This document shows positions 56,597 through 64,000 of a DNA stretch of 64,000 nt, piece after piece; position 1 is the first letter of the stretch; every line of letters starts with the position of its first letter. This stretch comes from Candidatus Doudnabacteria bacterium. Lineage in GTDB: Bacteria > Patescibacteriota > Doudnabacteria > UBA920. Under the pieces are notes generated by a model that worked only from the letters and a program-made list of their open reading frames with translations, had not been told where the DNA came from and searched no databases. The translations under genes and the position numbers were made by a program. The stretch is from the NCBI GenBank assembly GCA_016218585.1, contig JACRDK010000025.1:27637-91636 (forward strand), given 5' to 3'.

Positions 56597-57184
56597 ATGG
56601 GTTATTGGTTTGCCAAATTATTAATATATAAATATTTTATTGCTTTCCCGCTGGCTATTGTCGAAGGACCAATTATTATGGTCGCCTGTGGGTTTTTGTT
56701 AAGATTAGGGGCCTTTAGTTTTTGGCCCATTTATTTGGCTTTGGTTCTCGGGGACTTTGTTGCGGATATTGGCTGGTATTTTGTCGGTTTTTATGGCGCT
56801 AGAAAATTCGCCGTCCGCTGGGGAAAGTATTTTAGCGTAAGCCCGGAGAGTCTGGAAAAGCTGGAGAAAATTTTTGAAAAGCATCACGATAAAATTTTGT
56901 TTATTTCTAAAATTACCATGGGTTTTGGTTTTGCCCTTGGAACTTTAATTGCCGCGGGCATGGCTCGGGTGCCTTTGAAAAAATATGCGCTGTATAATTT
57001 TTTCGGCGGTTTTATTTGGACCGCGCTTTTAATCGGCATGGGTTATTTCTTCGGGCATCTTTACACGCTAATAGACAAAAGTTTTAAAATTGCATTTTTG
57101 GTATTCTTAGCGTTCCTGTTAGTAGCCGCTCTTTATGGGGCCGGCAAATATTTTAAAAATAACGTGGCAAAAAAGTATTTATAA
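56597..57184 (+). CDS. DedA family membrane protein (second paralog)
   Basis: VTT-domain pattern FISKITMGFGFALGTLIAAGMARVP. Confidence 0.6.
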   Translation: MGYWFAKLLIYKYFIAFPLAIVEGPIIMVACGFLLRLGAFSFWPIYLALVLGDFVADIGWYFVGFYGARKFAVRWGKYFSVSPESLEKLEKIFEKHHDKILFISKITMGFGFALGTLIAAGMARVPLKKYALYNFFGGFIWTALLIGMGYFFGHLYTLIDKSFKIAFLVFLAFLLVAALYGAGKYFKNNVAKKYL

Positions 57185-57193
57185 ATTATTGTT

Positions 57194-57937
57194 ATGGAAA
57201 ATCAGCAATTAAAAATTTCTTTTATTATCCCTACGCTGAACGAAGAAAAGGTTTTAGCCGGGCTAATTAATAACTTAAGGGAGATTAAGGCTTTTCCCTA
57301 TGAAGTAATTGTTTCCGACGGCGGCAGCAATGATTCAACCATTGCTATTGCAAAACAACTGGCCGACAAAACCGTAGAGCATAAAGAAAAAAGCCGCCAG
57401 ACTATTGGCCAGGGGCGCAATGCCGGCGCCGCCGCAGCCGCCGGAGAATATTTAGTATTTCTGGATGCCGATGTTCATATTTTTGAACCGGATAAATTCT
57501 TTGCCAAATCGCTGGCGCATTTTTCTAGCAATTCTAATTTGGTTGGTTTGGGTGGCTGGTTGAGGGTGTTTAAAAACCAGGAGACATGGGCGGACAGAAT
57601 TGGTTATGGAATTTTATCTAACCGCACCTTCTCGTTTTATAATAATTGGATAAAAGTCGGCGCTAATTGCGGAGAGTTTGGCATGGTAAAAGCTGAAGTG
57701 TTTAAAAAAATTGCCGGCTACCGCGAAGATTTGCCGGTGGATGAGGATCGGGAATTGTTTCATCGCTTGGCGAAAATTGGGCGGACGCTTACGGATTCAA
57801 AATTGATTGTTTACCACACCGGACGCAGGCCGCATACCATAGGCTGGCCAAAACTTTTATGGGAATGGATAATTAACGCCGTCTGGCTCGCCCTGTTTAA
57901 TAAATCCGCCAGCAAGGAATGGAAAGTCATTAGGTAA
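57194..57937 (+). CDS. Family 2 glycosyltransferase
   Basis: FIIPTLNEE, VIVSDGGSND and DAD motifs. Confidence 0.75.
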   Translation: MENQQLKISFIIPTLNEEKVLAGLINNLREIKAFPYEVIVSDGGSNDSTIAIAKQLADKTVEHKEKSRQTIGQGRNAGAAAAAGEYLVFLDADVHIFEPDKFFAKSLAHFSSNSNLVGLGGWLRVFKNQETWADRIGYGILSNRTFSFYNNWIKVGANCGEFGMVKAEVFKKIAGYREDLPVDEDRELFHRLAKIGRTLTDSKLIVYHTGRRPHTIGWPKLLWEWIINAVWLALFNKSASKEWKVIR

Positions 57938-57947
57938 AACTAACAGT

Positions 57948-57987
57948 CAAAAAACCACTCTATTACTATAGTGTAATAGAGTGGTTT
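57948..57987. terminator. Bidirectional terminator
   Basis: aaaaaaccactctattactatagtgtaatagagtggtttt. Confidence 0.75.
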
Positions 57988-57991
57988 TGTT

Positions 57992-58750
57992 TTAAGTTAT
58001 TGATTTCCAAATTCCTTTAAAGACTTCCCGAAGGTTGGCGGCCAGCAGGGCGTCGTTTATTTCCACTAAGTAGTAAGGTTTTTGGTTTGTAGCTATCATT
58101 ACCACGTAGTCGCCAAGAATCCAGGTGGTAGCGGAAAAATTATGACTCTCTTTCCAGAATTTGATTTGCCGGCGATCAAATTTTTTCTTTTTTATTTCTT
58201 CCGCCGACTCATTGCTTAAAAGTTTAAGTGTGGTTTTTGGATTAGATCCTTTTTCCCAATACCAATCAATCCATTTTTCATAATTTTGCACAAAGGTGTT
58301 GTCCTGAAAGCCCCACCAGCATCCGTCATATTTTAAAATACTTTCATCCCAAACCGGAGTTTGCTTGTATAAATGGTTTTCTACTTCGTCTTGCGCCATA
58401 AAAACTATTTTCGGAACGGTGTACTGGGTGGCTTTGGTAATGGCTTGTAGTTCGCCAATGGCGTTTTGAATTACTGCTTTTTTATCCTGCAGCTGTTTTT
58501 CTTCCTTTTGGGCCAACATGTTCAGATCCGCCGGAGGTTTAGCAACTAAAAATAAGGTTTTCCCTCCCAAGTCTTCGGCAATCACTCCTTTGCCCACCAA
58601 CTCTTTTGCTGTGCTATAAACTGTTGTTCGGTTAATTCCGACAATCTTTGCCAGGGAAGCCGGGGTGAGTTTGCCGTGCTGAAGCAGGGTAACATAGACC
58701 AAAATTTCTTTATCGCCAAACCCCAATGTTTTTAAAAGCTCGTTTATCAT
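57992..58750 (-). CDS. TrmB family transcriptional regulator (paralog 2)
   Basis: N-terminal HTH ILVYVTLLQHGKLTPASLAKIVGINRTTVYSTAKELVGKGV. Same architecture as the 15172..15924 ORF. Confidence 0.7.
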   Translation of the reverse strand: MINELLKTLGFGDKEILVYVTLLQHGKLTPASLAKIVGINRTTVYSTAKELVGKGVIAEDLGGKTLFLVAKPPADLNMLAQKEEKQLQDKKAVIQNAIGELQAITKATQYTVPKIVFMAQDEVENHLYKQTPVWDESILKYDGCWWGFQDNTFVQNYEKWIDWYWEKGSNPKTTLKLLSNESAEEIKKKKFDRRQIKFWKESHNFSATTWILGDYVVMIATNQKPYYLVEINDALLAANLREVFKGIWKSIT

Positions 58751-58770
58751 AACTTAATGATATCATGTTG

Positions 58771-58864
58771 TTGAAAATTTGTCAACAGTATTTTCACCAA
58801 TAAAAACAAGCTTTTTGCGTTATCTATAAGATAGATTGTTGCATTATTATTGACAATTTGTCAA
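58771..58864. promoter_or_regulatory. Two operator-like palindromes in the divergent TrmB/NCS2 promoter region
   Basis: TTGAAAATTTGTCAA (58771-85, one mismatch) and the perfect TTGACAATTTGTCAA (58850-64). They share TTGAC..GTCAA half-sites with the sites near 15.1 kb. Confidence 0.5.
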
Positions 58865-59014
58865 TTTTCTGGTATTCTGTTTTGTTAGTGACGATGCCGA
58901 GCGATTAATAATTTTACTTGGCAATTCTTTCCAGCAGAAAAATAGTAAATTTGTCTGCGGAAACAGAGTTAAAAATTTATATTTTCCCTTTAGAGGGAAG
59001 AGAAAGGAATCATT

Positions 59015-60313
59015 ATGAAAGAATTATTGGAAAAAGTTTTTAGTATTGATAAATTAAAATCCAGTCTCAAAGTTGAGGTCTTGGCAGGGATTTCCACTTT
59101 TCTTTCTTTGTCTTATATTTTTGTGGTTAATCCAGCAATTTTGTCTGCGGCTGGCATTCCTAAATCCGCGGCTTTCTTTGCCACAATTGTTGGTTCAGTA
59201 GTAACCACTTTAGCAATGGGGCTGTGGGCTAACAAGCCTTTTGCTGTTGCTCCGGGCCTTGAGATGAATGCTTATGTGGCATTTGTGGTAGTTGGTTCTT
59301 TAGGATTTTCTTGGCAAGGGGCTATGGGCGCGGTTTTTTGGTCCGGAGTTTTAACTGTAATTTTAAGTTTAACTTCACTTCGAGTAAATATAATCAAAGC
59401 CATTCCGGATAAATTAAAATTCGGTCTGTCTGCTTCGGTTGGCGTGTTCTTAATGCTGATTGCTTTAAAGGTTTCAAACTTAACTGCCTATCAAGGTATT
59501 CAAATAATTGGCCTTGGAAAAATTGTTTCTAAAGAAGCTTTGGTGTTTCTGGTCGGGTTGGCGCTAGTTTTAGTCTTGAAAAAATTTAAAGTTAAAGGTT
59601 CTGTGCTAATAAGTATTATTGGCGCATCGGTGCTCGCTAATTTAATTGGATCAAGTCAGAGCATTGAGCCGATAAAATTAGGCAGAGAAATGTTTAGCGG
59701 AACATTTGCTTTAGATCTGTCGGTAATATTAAATCCAAAAATTTGGTCGGTGGTTATTATCTTGTTTATCTTGGACTTTTATGGAAGCATTGCCAAATTT
59801 ATAGGTCTTACCCAAAACACCTTAATTGTTGATGAACAGGGAAATTTACCAAAAATGAAAGAAGCTTTGATTATAGATGGTGCTGGTACAGTGTTGGGGG
59901 CGAGCTTGGGCACATCCAACTTAATTACTTTTGTGGAAAGCGCTGTGGGTATTGGTGAGGGTGGTAGAACCGGGCTTGTGGCAGTGGTTTGTGGGGTTTT
60001 AATGAGCTTGTTTTTGTTTTTAACCCCGCTGGTTAACTTGGTGCCCGTGGTTGCCACAGCCGGAGCTTTATTCTTTGTTGGATGGTCATTGTTACCAAAG
60101 CTTGATGATGTAAAAAAATATACTTGGGCGGAAATAGTTTCTCTGGCGGCAATGATATTGGTAACAATTTGGACTTTTGGTTTAGATAAGGCAATGTTTG
60201 CAGGGTTTGTAAGTTTTACTGTGTTCGGCTTAATTGTCAATTTTAAACAAAAACCTAACTACTACCTTTGGGGTTCCACTATAGTATTACTAGTGAGCAT
60301 ATTACTTTCTTAA
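59015..60313 (+). CDS. NCS2-family nucleobase permease (AzgA-like purine transporter)
   Basis: N-terminal FSIDKLKSSLKVEVLAGISTFLSLSYIFVVNPAIL is typical of AzgA-like permeases. About 12 TM segments. Confidence 0.75.
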   Translation: MKELLEKVFSIDKLKSSLKVEVLAGISTFLSLSYIFVVNPAILSAAGIPKSAAFFATIVGSVVTTLAMGLWANKPFAVAPGLEMNAYVAFVVVGSLGFSWQGAMGAVFWSGVLTVILSLTSLRVNIIKAIPDKLKFGLSASVGVFLMLIALKVSNLTAYQGIQIIGLGKIVSKEALVFLVGLALVLVLKKFKVKGSVLISIIGASVLANLIGSSQSIEPIKLGREMFSGTFALDLSVILNPKIWSVVIILFILDFYGSIAKFIGLTQNTLIVDEQGNLPKMKEALIIDGAGTVLGASLGTSNLITFVESAVGIGEGGRTGLVAVVCGVLMSLFLFLTPLVNLVPVVATAGALFFVGWSLLPKLDDVKKYTWAEIVSLAAMILVTIWTFGLDKAMFAGFVSFTVFGLIVNFKQKPNYYLWGSTIVLLVSILLS

Positions 60314-60379
60314 GAGTAGGTTAATTAATTACAAGAGTTTATTTTTCCCGCAAAGAAATTTGGGGGGAAGGGGGCTCTT

Positions 60380-61087
60380 GTGTCCGAAAGGAAATTTATG
60401 AACAATAACATTATGGTAAAGTCAATTGACTTCCAAAATCAATGGCATCAAGTTGCAGGGGAATTAGAAAAAGAAAATATTAAATTAATGTCTTACGACC
60501 AAACACTTATTGAGCAAGTTGAAACTTGGCAAGGAAAAAAAGTTCTCGATTACGGAGCGGGTCCGGGAGTATTGGCTGTAACTTTGCAAAGGCTGGGCGC
60601 GGATGTGAAAGCTTACGATATTAGTTTGGAAATGAGAAGTAAATTGGAGCAGCGCGTTGGGTACGGAAATGTTTACTCATCTGCTACAGAACTCCCCAAA
60701 AATTATTTCGATATAATTATTTGTAATTTGGTGTTGTGCATTGTATCTGAAGAAGAAGTGGAAAATATTATGTCGAACATTAGGATATGTTTAAAACCAG
60801 GAGGCGTGGCTTTTATAGGGTTTTGTAATCCAAAAATTCATAATGTGGCAGAATCACAGTTGGATTTTAGATTTTTTTCAGGGCGCCATTATCAAGAAAA
60901 CCACACTTACAAAAAAATCAAAAAAGAAGGCTTATATGAAATAGTAGAAACTCATAGGCCAGTAGATTGGTATTCCAAAGTTTTTCAGGGTTGTGGGTTA
61001 ATTCTGCTTGATATTATATTAACGCCGGAATATAAAATTCGCGACCAAAGAATTAACGATTTTACTATCTTTAAATTAGAAAAATAA
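60380..61087 (+). CDS. Class I SAM-dependent methyltransferase
   Basis: Motif I VLDYGAGPGVLA, and post-I acidic residue D. Confidence 0.65.
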   Translation: MSERKFMNNNIMVKSIDFQNQWHQVAGELEKENIKLMSYDQTLIEQVETWQGKKVLDYGAGPGVLAVTLQRLGADVKAYDISLEMRSKLEQRVGYGNVYSSATELPKNYFDIIICNLVLCIVSEEEVENIMSNIRICLKPGGVAFIGFCNPKIHNVAESQLDFRFFSGRHYQENHTYKKIKKEGLYEIVETHRPVDWYSKVFQGCGLILLDIILTPEYKIRDQRINDFTIFKLEK

Positions 61088-61121
61088 AAATACCCCCTCG
61101 TTATAATGAGGGGGTATTTTT
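61086..61121. terminator. Bidirectional terminator
   Basis: aaaataccccctcgttataatgagggggtattttt. Confidence 0.75.
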
Positions 61122-61587
61122 ATTTTGCATTTTCCGCAGCTTTTTTTATTAGCCAGCTGGAGCTCTGAATTTTTCCATGCTTCCCAACATTAAACACCAT
61201 CTCAATGCCTAATTTTTTGCAGGTCTCTATATCGTAGTATAAAGACGAGTTTGGGTCTTTGGCGTTTTTTTCATCCCTGTCTCCGCCGTTAGCAAAAATA
61301 TCCGGTTTAATTTTTTCCAGCTCCGCGCTCACGGACATTTCCTTGGCGCCTTGCGGATTTTCGGGGTGGCTGGATATTACCACTTCGTCTACGTAACGTA
61401 TGGCTTCTATAATTGCTTTTCTTTCCTTGTCTTCCATAAACGGCACGCCTTTTTTCTTTTTTATCCAGTTGTCGTTATTGATGATAACAATAAGTTTGTC
61501 GCCTAAAGCTTTAGCCTCTTTCATCATTTCCACGTGGCCGATGTGAAGAGGATCAAACCCGCCTGAGACTACAACAGTTTTTGCCAT
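61120..61587 (-). CDS. Cytidylyltransferase-like nucleotidyltransferase (HxGH superfamily)
   Basis: VVVSGGFDPLHIGHVEMMKEAK has the (T/H)xGH motif. ~155 aa, like TagD/RfaE-II/RibL-type enzymes. Confidence 0.6.
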   Translation of the reverse strand: MAKTVVVSGGFDPLHIGHVEMMKEAKALGDKLIVIINNDNWIKKKKGVPFMEDKERKAIIEAIRYVDEVVISSHPENPQGAKEMSVSAELEKIKPDIFANGGDRDEKNAKDPNSSLYYDIETCKKLGIEMVFNVGKHGKIQSSSWLIKKAAENAK

Positions 61588-61607
61588 AGATTTGTGTTTA
61601 ATTAAAA

Positions 61608-62159
61608 TTATTTTTCTTCTTCCAGTCCCTCTTTAGCGAAGTTGGAATTTTTTTCGTATAAGTCCAAAATAAGTTTTTCTATTCCGGCCGGGTCAGGGAC
61701 ATTTTGGAATTCAAAGCGCTCTACTGTGCCGGCGGTTTGAATATAAACATCGCCATAATTGAAAATGGTGCCAAAAATTCCATTGGTGTTGCTGGTGGCG
61801 TCTTCCATTTTATCAATATGCAGCTCGGAGATGGTGTGGGAGAATAACCCGGTTTGAGTTATATCGACAATGCGGATGTTAGTAATAATTTGAACGTTCA
61901 AATAGTAAAAAACAAAAATTAAGAACAGGGCCAAAGCTAAAAACAGGGTGTAGACTTGGACAAATAAACCGGTCACAGTGCCCCAAACGCCTTCTAAAAT
62001 TCCCGGGAGATAGGTTGCGGCAAAACGGTTAAATAAAACTAGGGCGGCGGCAAAGAAAACCCACACTAATGTTTTTAGAACCAATGAGACCCAGTGTTCA
62101 CGAACAACCAAGTAGACAGTCTCGCTTTCGAGTTGGCTGGGAAAAAGCTTTTTGGGCAT
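61608..62159 (-). CDS. Hypothetical membrane protein (183 aa)
   Basis: Two or three TM helices. No recognisable motif. Confidence 0.4.
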   Translation of the reverse strand: MPKKLFPSQLESETVYLVVREHWVSLVLKTLVWVFFAAALVLFNRFAATYLPGILEGVWGTVTGLFVQVYTLFLALALFLIFVFYYLNVQIITNIRIVDITQTGLFSHTISELHIDKMEDATSNTNGIFGTIFNYGDVYIQTAGTVERFEFQNVPDPAGIEKLILDLYEKNSNFAKEGLEEEK

Positions 62160-62165
62160 AAAATT

Positions 62166-62378
62166 TTATGAAAGTAAGATGTTTAAAGTTTGATAAGTCT
62201 CTGCCAGTATCCTTAAAAAGAAAAAACAAAAAACCAGAGAAATGGTTAAGGCAAGCGGAGTAGAGCGGCCGTAGCGAATCAGAATATAAACCCCGAAAAT
62301 TGAAAAGAAACATAAAATGCCGACAATAACATAATATACGCCGGCAATTAACAGATTGGTTGGTGAACTTAGGTTCAT
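62166..62378 (-). CDS. Small membrane protein (70 aa)
   Basis: Two TM helices. Lies between the membrane ORF and ruvB. Confidence 0.35.
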   Translation of the reverse strand: MNLSSPTNLLIAGVYYVIVGILCFFSIFGVYILIRYGRSTPLALTISLVFCFFFLRILAETYQTLNILLS

Positions 62379-62383
62379 TTGTT

Positions 62384-63436
62384 TTAGATTAAAGTTTTTT
62401 GTCCCGTCGGCGCGTCCGGCGGAGTTATTCCTAAATGTTTATAAGCGGCTTCTGTGGCCACCCGTCCTTTTGGGGTTTTGGCAATAAGCCCGAGGCGGAT
62501 TAAAAAGGGTTCGTGAATGTCGGTTATGGTGTCTTCTTCTTCCCCGGTAGCCGCGGCTAAAGTATTTAAGCCGACCGCGCGTCCGGAAAATTTATGCACC
62601 AAAGTTTCCAAAACCCGGCGGTCATTTTTATCCAAGCCAAGTCCGTCGATTTCCAGAAGCTCAAGAGCCTGGCGAGCAGTTTCTAAAGCAATTGTATCAT
62701 AGCCTTTTACCTGCGCAAAGTCTCTCACGCGTTTTAATAAGCGGTTGGCAATGCGGGGAGTAAAGCGGCTGCGGCGGGAAAGTTCGGCGGCGGCCGGCCC
62801 GTCAATTTTTGCATTTAAAATTAAACTGTTGCGGTCAATAATTTTTTGCAAGTCTTCTTCCGGATAATATTCCAGTCGGTAAGTGGCGCCAAAGCGATCG
62901 CGCAGCGGACTGGAAATTAAGCCAATTCTGGTAGTCGCTCCAACTAAGGTAAACCTCGGCAGCTCCATTCTTATGCTTCTAGCTCCCGGGCCTTTTCCCA
63001 AGACAATATCAAGCACATGATCTTCCATTGCCGGATAAAGCACTTCCTCCACAGCCTTATTCAGGCGGTGAATTTCGTCTATAAATAAAACATCGCCTTC
63101 GCTTAAATTAGTAAGCAGGGAAGCTAAATCGCCGGCCCGTTCAATCGCCGGCCCGGAAGTTACTTTTATATTGCTCCCCATTTCTTTGGCAACTATAAAA
63201 GCCAGTGTGGTCTTGCCCAAACCAGGCGGCCCGTAAAATAATAAATGTTCCAGAACCTCGCTGCGCTGTTTGGCCGCTTGAATAATAATATTTAAATTGT
63301 TTTTTAAAGTTTGTTGCCCGACGTAATCCGCCAAAGTTTGCGGCCTTAGGGTTTGCTCTATAATAATTTCCTCTTCGTCGAGATTTTCGGCGTCTGCCGG
63401 AGAACTGGCTTGGTTGTCTTGTTGTGATTGAATCAT
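62384..63436 (-). CDS. ruvB: Holliday junction branch migration ATPase RuvB
   Basis: Walker [12 protein letters not shown], Walker [10 protein letters not shown], and sensor/arginine-finger regions. Confidence 0.95.
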   Translation of the reverse strand: MIQSQQDNQASSPADAENLDEEEIIIEQTLRPQTLADYVGQQTLKNNLNIIIQAAKQRSEVLEHLLFYGPPGLGKTTLAFIVAKEMGSNIKVTSGPAIERAGDLASLLTNLSEGDVLFIDEIHRLNKAVEEVLYPAMEDHVLDIVLGKGPGARSIRMELPRFTLVGATTRIGLISSPLRDRFGATYRLEYYPEEDLQKIIDRNSLILNAKIDGPAAAELSRRSRFTPRIANRLLKRVRDFAQVKGYDTIALETARQALELLEIDGLGLDKNDRRVLETLVHKFSGRAVGLNTLAAATGEEEDTITDIHEPFLIRLGLIAKTPKGRVATEAAYKHLGITPPDAPTGQKTLI

Positions 63437-63579
63437 AAAGCTACAGAACTACAAATTAATACAAATTTACACCTGCCCGCCATACTTACCTATTTTATCA
63501 ACTTAATAAGTTGCTTGATAGATTGGTTATTTTAATTTAGTCAAACAATTTGGCAGGCGGGGATACCCACAGATCAGAA

Positions 63580-64000
63580 TCAATTGGTGATAGTGGCTGG
63601 GGTAAAGTTTGGAGCCGTTTGTGCCGGAGTGGAAGTGGTTGAGACAAACTGTTCTTCCTTATGGTACAAAGCAGGGGATTGATAAATTGATTTAAAAGTT
63701 GAAGAACTGGTTTCTCCGTCTTTGGTAATGATTCTGGTCCAGCTGGCTTTTAGCGAACCATCCGGTTTCCTGTCATACTGAATCGGTTTTTCCAGAGTTA
63801 CCTGCCGGTCGTCCTTAGTTCCGTAAAAATCAAAAATTAAAGTATCTTTGTCTTTAAAATACGGCCAGACTAAAATCGAGCCCGGAGTGTTGTTAACAAA
63901 TTTTAAATCAACAACGCCAGGATAAATGGTGGCGTCTGTTCCTTGCGGGGCGTAATACTGAACCGCGTAAGCATGGTTTCGGCGCTGGGTAATCGGCAAT
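63580..64000 (-). CDS. Hypothetical protein, C-terminal part only. The ORF continues past the window end.
   Basis: Open frame to the window edge. Confidence 0.3.
   Translation of the reverse strand, partial: LPITQRRNHAYAVQYYAPQGTDATIYPGVVDLKFVNNTPGSILVWPYFKDKDTLIFDFYGTKDDRQVTLEKPIQYDRKPDGSLKASWTRIITKDGETSSSTFKSIYQSPALYHKEEQFVSTTSTPAQTAPNFTPATITN

Noticed and set aside
1-64000. CRISPR arrays, integrases, transposases and toxin-antitoxin pairs
   Set aside because: No regularly spaced direct repeats and no recombinase or transposase motifs were found by eye. The only mobility signals are the homing-endonuclease-family genes with tRNA-half duplications.

Overview
Low-GC (roughly 35-40%) bacterial chromosome segment with compact housekeeping genes and many small or hypothetical membrane proteins. 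This style is typical of a reduced-genome lineage, possibly CPR/Patescibacteria-like; that attribution is inference from composition and gene content only. The window spans the chromosomal replication-origin neighbourhood: rpmH-rnpA-yidD-yidC-jag on the minus strand, diverging from dnaA-dnaN-recF-DUF721(DciA-like)-rsmE on the plus strand. Other recognisable genes include infB-rbfA-nrnA, gyrA, rpsA, tyrS, ruvC/ruvB, a class A PBP, murA (with an unusual N-terminal HTH), rlmH, rsmI, two O-antigen-ligase-like genes, two DedA paralogs, two TrmB-family regulators, and a 1401-aa FN3-rich surface protein. I identify 11 tRNA genes by hand-folding: Pro-CGG, Ala-GGC, Arg-CCT, Ala-CGC, Leu-GAG, Val-TAC, Phe-GAA, Gly-GCC, Leu-TAA, Cys-GCA, Ile-TAT. 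The most striking structure is a ~4.2 kb island (about 21.06-25.28 kb) with sharply elevated GC (roughly 55-60%), carrying four consecutive de novo pyrimidine steps (pyrC, pyrD, pyrE, pyrF). It is bounded by tRNA-Leu plus a free-standing LAGLIDADG endonuclease gene on one side and a tRNA-Val/Phe/Gly cluster on the other, and contains a duplicated ~45-bp terminator. A second tRNA (Ala-GGC) is immediately preceded by a small GIY-YIG gene that is itself flanked by a 33-nt duplication of the tRNA 5' half. Together these suggest homing-endonuclease-associated tRNA-targeting mobile cassettes. No CRISPR array, integrase or transposase was seen.
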